Source: an uncultured Candidatus Saccharibacteria bacterium
GTDB lineage: Bacteria; Patescibacteriota; Minisyncoccia; Phycocordibacterales; UBA2100
Length of the DNA: 64,000 nucleotides
Assembly (NCBI GenBank): GCA_964434285.1
Contig: CAYSUJ010000002.1
Span: forward strand, 57,913-121,912
Direction: 5' to 3'
Part shown: positions 47,658-56,785 of the stretch, one piece after another
Layout: each line of letters begins with the position of its first letter
Numbering within the stretch: the first letter of the stretch is position 1
Position numbers and translations under genes: made by a program
The notes under the pieces: model-generated
What the model was told of the DNA's origin: nothing
Database searches by the model: none
What the model saw: only the letters and a program-made list of their open reading frames with translations

Positions 47658-48124
47658 AAACCGACCGCTTCCAAAATCTTGTGCGCAAGCGGCTCTTGCA
47701 TGGGGACCTCTTCTGCTCGTTCGCTCAGAAAGGTTCGTATCGCTTCGGGATCCATGTTTCCAAGTGGAATGACGAGATTCGGTGCCATGAGGGCTATTGT
47801 GTCAACAAGAAGTGTTGGTTCACCAACTTCCGTTTCAACCCAGAACGAGATGATGTTTTCGTATGGGTGGAGGGTCGGGCCGGTGTGTATTCCTTTTTCA
47901 GATACCTCGAAATCATGTAGTTCCGGCGGGTGATGTGCGATAAGTGCGATCGTTCCTGCGGCGATAAGGATGACGAGCGCGAAGAGTACGTTTGAGAAAA
48001 GGACGCTGGTGAGTGCCGCGGAAACCGCAATGATGCCGAGTGCCCAAAACCAATCAGAACCACGCTCGATGTGTTCGTGCTCATATGCACTCCACCGCAA
48101 AGAACCCGAATGCTCTTCGGACAT
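47654..48124 (-). CDS. hypothetical membrane protein (2-3 TM helices)
   Basis: Hydrophobic segments WFWALGIIAVSAALTSVLFSNVLFALVILIAAGTIALIA. 156 aa. Confidence 0.35.
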   Translation of the reverse strand: MSEEHSGSLRWSAYEHEHIERGSDWFWALGIIAVSAALTSVLFSNVLFALVILIAAGTIALIAHHPPELHDFEVSEKGIHTGPTLHPYENIISFWVETEVGEPTLLVDTIALMAPNLVIPLGNMDPEAIRTFLSERAEEVPMQEPLAHKILEAVGF

Positions 48125-48184
48125 GAGTGCATTCTACTATGAGTTACATGCACAAATTGGTGCGGTGTGGTACAACAGTCGCAC

Positions 48185-48269
48185 GGAGGGGTGGCAGAGT
48201 GGTCTATCGCGCTTGTCTTGAAAACAAGAGTCTCGAAAGGGACCGTGAGTTCGAATCTCACCCCCTCCG
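48185..48269 (+). tRNA. tRNA-Ser (anticodon TGA)
   Basis: Acceptor GGAGGGG/CCCCTCC, anticodon loop CTTGAAA, long variable arm (GTCTCGAAAGGGACC), T loop TTCGAAT. It aligns well with the E. coli tRNA-Ser(UGA) architecture. Confidence 0.85.
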
Positions 48270-49895
48270 CATTTTGATTAGTTCAGGGTTAAAAGAAACA
48301 TTTTGTCCCTTGTATAAAGGATTTTTAGAGGTTCTAACCTGCACTAATTCACGTTCTGCCTCTGGCAGATTTTCGAAGATGAATTGGAACGGTTTACGTA
48401 GTTCTACATTGATATTTTGGTCTTTTAGTATGAGGTTCGAACCAAGACAAGCAAAGATAGCTCGTTTTGTTTCTATATCTCCATTCGTAAACCAAGTACT
48501 AGCGTAACGTGCAAAATTGTACGTTCTTTCGCTGAGTTCCACCCACTGTTCCATATCCTTGCTGTGAGCCTCTATATCGCCCTCTAGGAGGTGTTTTTCG
48601 TGCAATAGAGCATTCTTCAAGGTCTTATAATCACTGTCGCTGATAAGCGATCCATCGAGGTTGTCAGGCGATGTGTACTTGATAAGCATTGCGTCGATCT
48701 GCTTTGTGATAGTAAGAACACGCTTCTGCTTCTCAGCAAAAGACTGCTCATAACTTCGAGCTTCATTTTGGCGGATTTCGTGCAAATACTTAATTGCCCA
48801 ATCTCGGAATCGATCAGAAATAGTAAGACCGTGAATTACAGTATCAATCTGTCTACTCAGCTCAGCTAACTCAATCGTTCTTTCAGGGCACTTCTGGTCT
48901 ATTCGCTTTGTACAACGATAGTAAACGTAATAATGCACGTTTCCATTTTTCTGTCGTTTGGTCTTTTCTTCTGCGGTTATAGAAGCACCGCAATGACCGC
49001 ACTTCATCAGCCCAGTAAAAGCAAAACGTCTTGTAAGAGGACGAGGACGTGATCGATTATCACCTAAGAGATTCTGCACTCTCTCAAACTCTTCTTCCGT
49101 AACCATAGGTTTATGCAGACCCTTGTACCAATTCCCACTACCTTTTGGATACTCAAAATATCCGCAGTAAAAGCGGTTGTTGAACATCTTATAGATTGAC
49201 GCTCGACAAAGAGCAGTCCCTGCAAACTTCTTTGTTGTACGGGTCTTAAAGTTCCATTCTTTATTGGCAATTTCTATAATCTGTGGAGGTGTATATCGTC
49301 CTGTAAGCATCATCTGCCACATCTGATTGACCATATCGAATCTTTCAGGATCGGCGACAATGATATTTTCACCTTTCTCTCGAATAACTGTATTAAGATA
49401 GCCAAGCGGAGCACGAGACGGATACCAACCCATTTTCAATTTGGTTTCTAGTCCACGCTTTACGTTTTTACTCAAATCACGAGTGAACTGATCTGCAATT
49501 CCAAAGTCGATATACGATAACAATGCGTTATCTTCTGAAAGGTAAATACGATCGCTTGTGATGATTCGTTTAATTTCTCCACGTTTAAGCAAACCAAGAA
49601 TAATTCCAGCTTCCTCAGGATTTCTTGCAAGACGATCAAGCTTCCAACAGATTATTGCATTGATAGCACCATTTCTGATTTGCTTAATCATCGCATCAAA
49701 CTCCTTTCGTTGATATGGAGTTTCGGCAGATTTTTCTTCGTGAAAAGTCTTCTTGATTTTGAGATTTAACCTTTCAACCGTTTCATTCGCCCACTCTCTT
49801 TGAGAGCCGATACTAAGAATCTGCTTCTCCTTATCTTCGGTACTCTTTCGAGAGTAGTTGCATAGTATTTCATTTTCATTGTTAATTTTTTTCAT
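48258..49895 (-). CDS. large serine recombinase (integrase of the tRNA-Ser island)
   Basis: Resolvase N-terminal domain (YSRKSTEDKEKQ, ICWKLDRLARN), recombinase domain, Cys cluster for a zinc ribbon (CGHCGAS...YYRCTKR) and a coiled-coil C-terminus. Its last ~12 nt overlap the tRNA-Ser 3' end. 545 aa. Confidence 0.9.
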   Translation of the reverse strand: MKKINNENEILCNYSRKSTEDKEKQILSIGSQREWANETVERLNLKIKKTFHEEKSAETPYQRKEFDAMIKQIRNGAINAIICWKLDRLARNPEEAGIILGLLKRGEIKRIITSDRIYLSEDNALLSYIDFGIADQFTRDLSKNVKRGLETKLKMGWYPSRAPLGYLNTVIREKGENIIVADPERFDMVNQMWQMMLTGRYTPPQIIEIANKEWNFKTRTTKKFAGTALCRASIYKMFNNRFYCGYFEYPKGSGNWYKGLHKPMVTEEEFERVQNLLGDNRSRPRPLTRRFAFTGLMKCGHCGASITAEEKTKRQKNGNVHYYVYYRCTKRIDQKCPERTIELAELSRQIDTVIHGLTISDRFRDWAIKYLHEIRQNEARSYEQSFAEKQKRVLTITKQIDAMLIKYTSPDNLDGSLISDSDYKTLKNALLHEKHLLEGDIEAHSKDMEQWVELSERTYNFARYASTWFTNGDIETKRAIFACLGSNLILKDQNINVELRKPFQFIFENLPEAERELVQVRTSKNPLYKGQNVSFNPELIKMRRG

Positions 49896-49964
49896 AAAAT
49901 TGGAGTGATCTTGATAATTTAATTATAACTTATTTTGTAATGGAGTTCCATTTTTACCCTTACG

Positions 49965-50141
49965 CTACGCCGTTTTTTCGACTTTTCCATTTTTTAATTT
50001 CCGAGCTTTTGCCAATGCGATACCTCTTTTTGTTGCCTTGCTTCTTTGCTCATATTCAAAGCGTGCAAGACCAAAAGAAATCATATTAACCATAAAATCA
50101 CGGTAATCTATAAGCAATTCATTTGTTGTTTTCATTTTCAT
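49965..50141 (-). pseudogene. remnant of a serine recombinase/resolvase catalytic domain (C-terminal alpha-E region only)
   Basis: A 58-aa ORF found by hand. The segment ISFGLARFEYEQRSKATKRGIALAKARKLKNGK matches the resolvase pattern G.FAEFER....RTK.GLA.ARARG.KGG. Confidence 0.35.
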
Positions 50142-50295
50142 TTTTTACCCAGTCCTTTTTGATCGGACGATAGGATTGATTAACTGCTAGTAATACTGCG
50201 ACGGCTTCATCGAGAGCGATTTCATCTGGCAGAACTTCTCCAAACTCATCGTTCCAAATTGCTTTGAACTCCTTTAACGCTTGGTCGCTAATCAT
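50119..50295 (-). CDS. small hypothetical protein (58 aa, acidic)
   Basis: Hand translation: MISDQALKEFKAIWNDEFGEVLPDEIALDEAVAVLLAVNQSYRPIKKDWVKNENENNK. It overlaps the neighbouring genes at both ends. Confidence 0.2.
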   Translation of the reverse strand: MISDQALKEFKAIWNDEFGEVLPDEIALDEAVAVLLAVNQSYRPIKKDWVKNENENNK

Positions 50296-50566
50296 TTGCG
50301 TGTAGGAGTTGCTTCACTTCTTTAATCGCTGAAATGAAGCTCTTGGGTTCGACCTTTGCTCTGCCATACAAAAAATCCTCCACAAGTTCCGCTTTGCCAT
50401 CAGAGTTAGTGAAAGCAAAGTAAACCTGTCGAGGATTAGTCCTGTTTATATGAGACAGCTGAAAGCCATTAGCAATGAGAAAAGCCGTGATATAGAAATC
50501 TTTGGTTGTGAAGCTTTTCGCATTTACATCTTTCATTCTTCGAGCATACGCAAAAAGACCTGCCAA
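50288..50566 (-). CDS. small hypothetical protein (92 aa), unrecognised family
   Basis: TTG start per the ORF track. The pattern FTTKDFYITAFLIANGF is reminiscent of small phage/ICE-associated proteins of unknown function. Confidence 0.3.
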   Translation of the reverse strand: MAGLFAYARRMKDVNAKSFTTKDFYITAFLIANGFQLSHINRTNPRQVYFAFTNSDGKAELVEDFLYGRAKVEPKSFISAIKEVKQLLHAND

Positions 50567-50601
50567 CTATATGACAGGAGTTGATACCACAATCTGTAAG
50601 G

Positions 50602-51366
50602 TTAGAGCTTTCTTAAAGTACCGAGAGCGTCTTTGTATCTCTTACGATAAACAGCTACATCTGCATAGCCAAACCCTCGCTCTTTATCAAGAATGTGAAT
50701 TATTTTCTCAATTTCTAATGCAATCTTATGGTCATTTAATCCTTCTTGAGATAACAACCACACCCTCCGAGCCAGATCACCAATTTTTGAAACCTTTAGC
50801 GGTAGTTTTTCTTTTTTAAGCTGAGTGAGTTTTTTCAGGGCTTTCTCAATATCTCGCTTAGTTGTCCATTCAAATATCTCTACGTATAAACTATTCGGAT
50901 TGATAAGAAACTTATTGATGTCCCTGTCTGCATCGGTATGAGTAATGGAAAAAATTGGATAGTGGCTTATAGAGCTATATTTAGCTCTCATAGGAGCAAT
51001 AATTGTGTCATATACAAATTGCCATACACTCGCTCGATATACTTTTGGAATCTCAAAATCAGCCAGTAAAGTGTCTGTCTCCTGTACGAGATTATGATAC
51101 CTACTCTTCGATTTGTGCTCCCATACGAGAGCTTCGGCAGAATCAGAAAAACCTGCTTCTGGCAATTTATATTTCTTGCGAAGTTGCTTAATCCTAGTTT
51201 GAAAATGAGGGTGGTCAGAAAGAAGTACAAAAAATCTCTCACGACTCTCTATAAACTTTTTATCTGGTGTACCACTGGTACACCGAGACGATACAATTCC
51301 TATATTTTCTTCTAGTTTCTGCTTGAGTATTTGATTTTTATTTTTTCCGTTAGCTCTTTCAGTCAT
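50602..51366 (-). CDS. hypothetical protein (254 aa), unknown function, in the island operon
   Basis: No motif recognised. Sits 5 nt downstream of the DUF2779-like gene. Confidence 0.35.
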   Translation of the reverse strand: MTERANGKNKNQILKQKLEENIGIVSSRCTSGTPDKKFIESRERFFVLLSDHPHFQTRIKQLRKKYKLPEAGFSDSAEALVWEHKSKSRYHNLVQETDTLLADFEIPKVYRASVWQFVYDTIIAPMRAKYSSISHYPIFSITHTDADRDINKFLINPNSLYVEIFEWTTKRDIEKALKKLTQLKKEKLPLKVSKIGDLARRVWLLSQEGLNDHKIALEIEKIIHILDKERGFGYADVAVYRKRYKDALGTLRKL

Positions 51367-51370
51367 AGAT

Positions 51371-52984
51371 TTATTTTTTCACTAGTTCAGAAAAGAACTT
51401 CCACAACACGTACATTGCATAAGTATCGAGTTTACAGTATTCAAGCATTTGTCGTTCCTTTTCTTTCATTTCATCACCGACCAATTCTCCGACAGTGATT
51501 TTTCTATACGCTTCAATAGCATCAGTACCGCTTTGAACACCTAAAACCTTATATGAAAGATGTGGAGCGAGAACGGGTAAAACTTTCTTAATAGACGCTC
51601 TGCCCTCGAAGCCCGGATGTATGTAATGCTGACCGTCAACAATATCCATCAAATCATAAGTACGACTAACAACATCAAGAAAGAAATCTTTATAATCAGG
51701 CAGTAGGTTTGCAAGTTCCTTGTTTCGAGAGTTTTCAAAAGTTTTATACCAAGAGATTACTGTTCCTGAGTTACCAATATGTTTTCGCAGACTTTCTGCA
51801 ATACGCTCTGACGGCTCTCCGTCCAGTATTAGAGACTCGTAATGCTTTGGTTCTGAATCCTTATTTTCAAGTACGTGTAAGGAGTATTGAAATACTATTT
51901 GTTGATACGGACGATACCCGCTATATGGAGGTATTGCGGTGGGATATGTTTCGTAATCAAGAAAGTAAAGAGGAAAAATTAGTGAATCAAGTTCGGCTTT
52001 TAATGACTCAAAATCAACCATTGGCTCTTGAGACTTGTGGACTAGCACTTGGTTCAGCTTTCTAGGTTTACTTTGCTTTGCTGTACCTCTCGCTTCTTTG
52101 GGTTTCAAGCGATCATCAACAGGTACGTCAGCAACCTCTAAGATGCCCTCTGCGAGCAATTCACTCAGGTATTTCTTACTATTACCAATTCTATTGAGAT
52201 CGTGAACGCTATATGCGGGCACGTGAGGGTTTATATAACCAAATGCTGAACAGTGCGAATTACGTCCTTTGTAGTAGCAAGGACAGGGTGCAGACGGTAC
52301 TTCTGTGCTTAATAAGTAAGTATGGGCATAGGACATCTCAGAAATCGCAATCGTTTTAAGAATATCTATAACCTCAGTTTTATCTTCGATAATGAAAAGT
52401 TGATTTGGAGTAAAATCAAGATCGCCACTTCTTACATACGCACGATTAAGTCTTACTAGAAACTTTTGATTTATTGAAACTCCACATTCTTCTGCGACAT
52501 TTACCTGAAAAGCGAGATCGTATTCATATTGAAGCTCTTTCTTTTTGTTGACTCGTTTCGGTTTACCGTCGTCTTCCTCCTCGTCCTCATCTTCGGTTGT
52601 GGACATTTTAATTTCGTAAATATCATACTTTCCAACTGAATCATTCCACTTCAAAACGTCCAGTGCGGCGAGATATTTATCTGTTGCAAAAACAGGTTGA
52701 AAAATGACAGGTGTTCGCTCTGCTATTAGTTTCTTAGTAAGCTCTTGTGCACCCGCACTTCGTCGCTCAACGAGAAATCCATTGGGGAACATTCCACGTG
52801 CCAACTCTTCCACATCATTACCCATTTCTGCTAAAGACTTCTCAAACTCAGACGGTTCAAATCTTGCGTATTCTTCAAGTCGATTTCTCTTAACCCAAAC
52901 ATTATTTGGACATTCTCGATAAAGTATAAAGTCTGTTTTTGTTAAAAGGTTTGTTGCCATACGTTTGTTAGCCGAGAACATCAA
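51371..52984 (-). CDS. predicted nuclease fusion: N-terminal Cas4/RecB-like PD-(D/E)xK Fe-S nuclease + C-terminal DnaQ-like (DEDD) exonuclease-like domain (TM0106/DUF2779-like)
   Basis: N-terminus has LTKTDFILYRECP, then D..EIK (YDIYEIKMS), the RecB-family QxxxY motif (QYEYDLAF) and a C-terminal Cys triad (CPCYYKGRNSHC). The C-terminal domain has an Exo-I-like FLDYETY and YCKLDTYAMYVLW. 537 aa. Confidence 0.55.
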   Translation of the reverse strand: MMFSANKRMATNLLTKTDFILYRECPNNVWVKRNRLEEYARFEPSEFEKSLAEMGNDVEELARGMFPNGFLVERRSAGAQELTKKLIAERTPVIFQPVFATDKYLAALDVLKWNDSVGKYDIYEIKMSTTEDEDEEEDDGKPKRVNKKKELQYEYDLAFQVNVAEECGVSINQKFLVRLNRAYVRSGDLDFTPNQLFIIEDKTEVIDILKTIAISEMSYAHTYLLSTEVPSAPCPCYYKGRNSHCSAFGYINPHVPAYSVHDLNRIGNSKKYLSELLAEGILEVADVPVDDRLKPKEARGTAKQSKPRKLNQVLVHKSQEPMVDFESLKAELDSLIFPLYFLDYETYPTAIPPYSGYRPYQQIVFQYSLHVLENKDSEPKHYESLILDGEPSERIAESLRKHIGNSGTVISWYKTFENSRNKELANLLPDYKDFFLDVVSRTYDLMDIVDGQHYIHPGFEGRASIKKVLPVLAPHLSYKVLGVQSGTDAIEAYRKITVGELVGDEMKEKERQMLEYCKLDTYAMYVLWKFFSELVKK

Positions 52985-54314
52985 CGATCTTATCTATCGT
53001 CAAAATCCCTGTCTCAAGAAATAGGTCTTCGAGTTGTGTGTGGTCGATGTCGGCGTTTGATAATTTTTTCCCAACTACATAAAGTAAATCCTTAGCTCGA
53101 ACCAAAACAACAGGAACACGAGTGACTCTGTAAATATCCTTTAGTGAGCTATCAAGTGATGTTCTATCGTTAAACTCTGACGAGACGATAAGAAAAGATA
53201 CTTTGTCGACTCTTTGTCTTTGGAGTTCTCTTTGTTTATTTTTAATATATTCAACAATCTCTCTATCCTGTGTACCGATCGTATACTCTTTTTCACGAGC
53301 TTTTGCATCGTACACGACGGCGTAATAACCCGAATGCCCATCAGAAGAAATTGCGACACCATCTGGCTCTCTACCTCTTCCTTGACCTAATTCAGTCGCA
53401 TTAAAACCTAGAATTGTAAAAACATAACGGAGTTTTGTTTCAAACGCCTTTTCAGGTTTAATGTTTCTTTTTATTGACCATTCAGTTTCTTGATTCAATG
53501 CAAGTTTTTCAAGATCGGCAACAATAGAAGGAATCCAACTTTCATCGTCCACTTTAATTGCCTGAGTCGATTTACTTTGATTAGGAGTTGTCTTTATGTT
53601 TTCTTCTATAACATCTGTATGTTTTTTGGTGAACTGCTTCCAAAGAACGTGCTCTACAAACCATACAGGATGACGATCATTTACATTTGCTTTTTCAATA
53701 TAAAAAGTACGGATTGCAGAATATATTTCTACAAAGTATTTATATTCATCTCCAGTTGTCTCTTGTGTTTTGAAGTCAAAACCAAGATTTTCCAGCACAT
53801 TTTTTGCTGACCCATAAAAAACTGGGAGAGTTTCAGGACTTTGAACTTCCCAAAAATAAGACAACATAAAAGACAGATTCACTCTCGGAATACTTTTAGG
53901 ATTGTCGGATTTTGTCTTGAGCTGAGTTAGGTATTCTGCGAGATTATTTATCTTTACTACCGCTTCATCTAGTGTTTGAGGTAAAGAGAGGGCTTCTTTT
54001 AAGTGATCATCTTTTTCAGAATCCTCAATGTTTTTTACAAACTGATTCAACTGCATTTGACCACTAAAGCCACTAAATCCCCAATATGGATATTTACGAC
54101 TCATCAAATCACTTTTCTCCTTAAACTCAGTAGAAGATAGAGCACCTTTCAGAAACTCATTAACAATATCTTTAATTTCAGCGATGGCTTCAACTCTCTT
54201 ATCATCAAAAGATGCAAACTCTATATCAACACCATTATCGGTAACAGTAGAGGATTTTTGAAACTCCTCTAGGTATACTCGCAATTCGTTTTCTTGTTCT
54301 TGTGTAAGATTCAT
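52968..54314 (-). CDS. protein with unknown N-terminal domain and a C-terminal Mrr-type PD-(D/E)xK restriction-endonuclease-like domain
   Basis: C-terminus FETKLRYVFTILGFNATELGQGRGREPDGVAISSDGHSGYYAVVYDAKAREKEY matches the Mrr_cat pattern (GDGGIDG...QAK). Start is likely ATG 54314 (MNLTQEQ) rather than 54422, which overlaps hsdR. It overlaps the downstream nuclease gene by 17 nt. Confidence 0.5.
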   Translation of the reverse strand: MNLTQEQENELRVYLEEFQKSSTVTDNGVDIEFASFDDKRVEAIAEIKDIVNEFLKGALSSTEFKEKSDLMSRKYPYWGFSGFSGQMQLNQFVKNIEDSEKDDHLKEALSLPQTLDEAVVKINNLAEYLTQLKTKSDNPKSIPRVNLSFMLSYFWEVQSPETLPVFYGSAKNVLENLGFDFKTQETTGDEYKYFVEIYSAIRTFYIEKANVNDRHPVWFVEHVLWKQFTKKHTDVIEENIKTTPNQSKSTQAIKVDDESWIPSIVADLEKLALNQETEWSIKRNIKPEKAFETKLRYVFTILGFNATELGQGRGREPDGVAISSDGHSGYYAVVYDAKAREKEYTIGTQDREIVEYIKNKQRELQRQRVDKVSFLIVSSEFNDRTSLDSSLKDIYRVTRVPVVLVRAKDLLYVVGKKLSNADIDHTQLEDLFLETGILTIDKIVDVLG

Positions 54315-54327
54315 AAATCCTAATTTG

Positions 54328-56781
54328 TTATCTAATAATTGAATACACTTTCTCTCGAATCGACCGCACAAATCCAAACAATCCCTCAGGATATGTTGAC
54401 TGTATAGCTTCCTTTTTAGCATTCATATTTGGCAACAGGAATGTCTGGGCTGAAAGATTTTCTTCTCCACTGGTTTTATATTTCTCCATAATGTCTCTGA
54501 TCGCTTCACCAACCACTTTTCCGTACTGGTCGATATTCTGTGCATTCTCTCGCATAAAGTGTTTTACACGATCCTCACGAGTGATAAGTGGTGCATTAAA
54601 GGCAATATGAGCAATCACATCAAAAGCATCGATGTCTTCGAGATTCTCAATAGACTTAATGAGTCCGATATTCACTCGTTTGTCTTCAAGGTCTGTAATC
54701 AACTGCTCACGCTTATCTGAATCGAGCCACAACTCTCTTAGTTCGGTTGTCGAATGTACAGTTTGCACAATCTTGTCTCCTGAGTATTTTCGATACTCCG
54801 CATACGACAATTTTGAGCCATCAAACTCAACTTCAATTTCCTCGTCGATTGTTACAGTAATTCCCTTAACCGTAATCTTCTTTGGTGCAGACCTCCACGG
54901 CTTCAAGCGGAACTCATAAGGCATCTCTTCGTCCGATGTATGCGGAGCAAGTTTTTTGCCTAACTTCTTGTAATTAGCGTGCTCGATGGTGATACGCACT
55001 TCATCATTTGACGGCAACCCAAATATCTTAAAGAGTCCGTTCTCGTCTGTTTTTCCTGCTTTCTCCCAACGCCCAAGCTTTATTTTTATGTTGGCATTTG
55101 CAACAGGTTCTTCTTTTCTATCGTCAACAACAACGCCCATAAGAAGTTTATCGAAAGGTGGCAACGGTTCTTCTGGTGGCTCTGGTGGCTCAGGTTTTTC
55201 AGTTGGAATATCCCACTCATCAATGAGGCGGGTAGCGTTAGTGAAATCGAGAATCCTAAAGAAACCCTTACCCTCGAACAAGCGTGATCCACGTCCTATA
55301 ATCTGCTTGAAAAGCACCCTAGAGGCGATTGGACGCATAAATACGATGTTCTGTACGTGCGGAATATCAACGCCAGTAGAGAGCAAATCAACAGTGGTGG
55401 CGATGACAGGCATAGCTCGCTCTTTGTCTCGGAACTTGGTCAGGTCGTCTTTATCTTCTGCTACGACACGAGAGGCATATTCTTCTGAGTTTTTAATCTC
55501 ATTAAGCTTATCTTTTACTGCTTGTGCGTGTGCCATATCGACACAAAAAATAATCGTCTTTCCATACGGATTCGTCTTATCAAGAACTTCTATTACCTTA
55601 CGAGAAAGCAATTCAATCTGTTGTGGAATCGTAACAGCTTTTTCGTATTCAGGTGGTTCGTAAAAATCTTTTACATCTTCGGGATTTATTTCATCGTCGT
55701 AAATTACTTCTTCGGCGGCTGAAACGTTCAAACCCTCTCGGTAAAGATTAGTTGTGATTTTGTATATCTTATAGGGCACAAGATAGCCGTCCTCGATTGC
55801 CTGACCGAGCGAGTATTCAAAGACTGGTTCTCCAAAGTATTCGTACACGTCGATGTTATCCTCACGCTTTGGAGTAGCGGTCATACCGAAGTTTTGAGCT
55901 GTACTGAAATGTTCAAGAATCAAACCCCAATCTCCGTATCGGGAACGATGACACTCGTCAATTACAATCAAATCAAAGAAGTCCTGAGGAATCTGCTTGT
56001 AAAACTCATTCGTGAAAAGTGTTTGGTACGTAGCAAAATAAATATCCTTGTTTTTATTAAAAGTTCCACCCTCAATTTTGCACCGAGCGTCGCCAAAAGG
56101 TTCATAGTCTCGACTGTATGCGTCATCACGTAAGATAACTCGATCACAAAGAAATAGCACTCGGCTAACAGTCTTTGACTTGTAGAGCTTCCAAATAATT
56201 TGAAACGATGTAAATGTTTTTCCTGTACCAGTTGCCATTGTTAGAAGTGTTGCGTGCTTCTTGCTTGCAATACTCTCAATAGAGTTCTTGATTGCAGTTT
56301 CCTGATATGCACGAGGTCGGCGAGCACCAGTGAGGTATAGCGGGTACATTAAAGCGTCCTGCTTTACTTCAACTAATCCTTTCCATTCAACATACGCTTC
56401 ATACATCTGCTCAGGAGAAAGAAAGTCTGTTACTTCCTCAGTTTTCATTGTTCGTCGATCGTGCAAATAGGTAGTATGTCCATTTGAAATATATGCAAAA
56501 GGTACATCAAGACGCTTAGCATAGTCTTGTGCTTGGCTCAGGTGCTTGAGAGGGTCTTCATCTTCTGCTTTTGCCTCAAGTACACCAATGACAACGTTCT
56601 TATACATCACTACATAGTCAGCAAACTTAGCAGTAGGTAAACGCTTGAAATCCTCACCCTCGACGAAGAAGCGATCATCTGAGATCGGATACTGGCGGAG
56701 GAGATATTCTTCTTTCCAACCGCTTTCTAGTATTTTTGGGTCGATGAGCTTGACCCTTGTATCATCTTCTGAGTAAGGCAT
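54328..56781 (-). CDS. hsdR: Type I restriction enzyme R subunit (HsdR)
   Basis: N-terminal HsdR nuclease region (MPYSEDDTRVKLIDPKILESGW), helicase motif I LLTMATGTGKT, motif II VIDECHRS, and motifs III-VI. 817 aa. Confidence 0.85.
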   Translation of the reverse strand: MPYSEDDTRVKLIDPKILESGWKEEYLLRQYPISDDRFFVEGEDFKRLPTAKFADYVVMYKNVVIGVLEAKAEDEDPLKHLSQAQDYAKRLDVPFAYISNGHTTYLHDRRTMKTEEVTDFLSPEQMYEAYVEWKGLVEVKQDALMYPLYLTGARRPRAYQETAIKNSIESIASKKHATLLTMATGTGKTFTSFQIIWKLYKSKTVSRVLFLCDRVILRDDAYSRDYEPFGDARCKIEGGTFNKNKDIYFATYQTLFTNEFYKQIPQDFFDLIVIDECHRSRYGDWGLILEHFSTAQNFGMTATPKREDNIDVYEYFGEPVFEYSLGQAIEDGYLVPYKIYKITTNLYREGLNVSAAEEVIYDDEINPEDVKDFYEPPEYEKAVTIPQQIELLSRKVIEVLDKTNPYGKTIIFCVDMAHAQAVKDKLNEIKNSEEYASRVVAEDKDDLTKFRDKERAMPVIATTVDLLSTGVDIPHVQNIVFMRPIASRVLFKQIIGRGSRLFEGKGFFRILDFTNATRLIDEWDIPTEKPEPPEPPEEPLPPFDKLLMGVVVDDRKEEPVANANIKIKLGRWEKAGKTDENGLFKIFGLPSNDEVRITIEHANYKKLGKKLAPHTSDEEMPYEFRLKPWRSAPKKITVKGITVTIDEEIEVEFDGSKLSYAEYRKYSGDKIVQTVHSTTELRELWLDSDKREQLITDLEDKRVNIGLIKSIENLEDIDAFDVIAHIAFNAPLITREDRVKHFMRENAQNIDQYGKVVGEAIRDIMEKYKTSGEENLSAQTFLLPNMNAKKEAIQSTYPEGLFGFVRSIREKVYSIIR

Positions 56782-56785
56782 ATAT

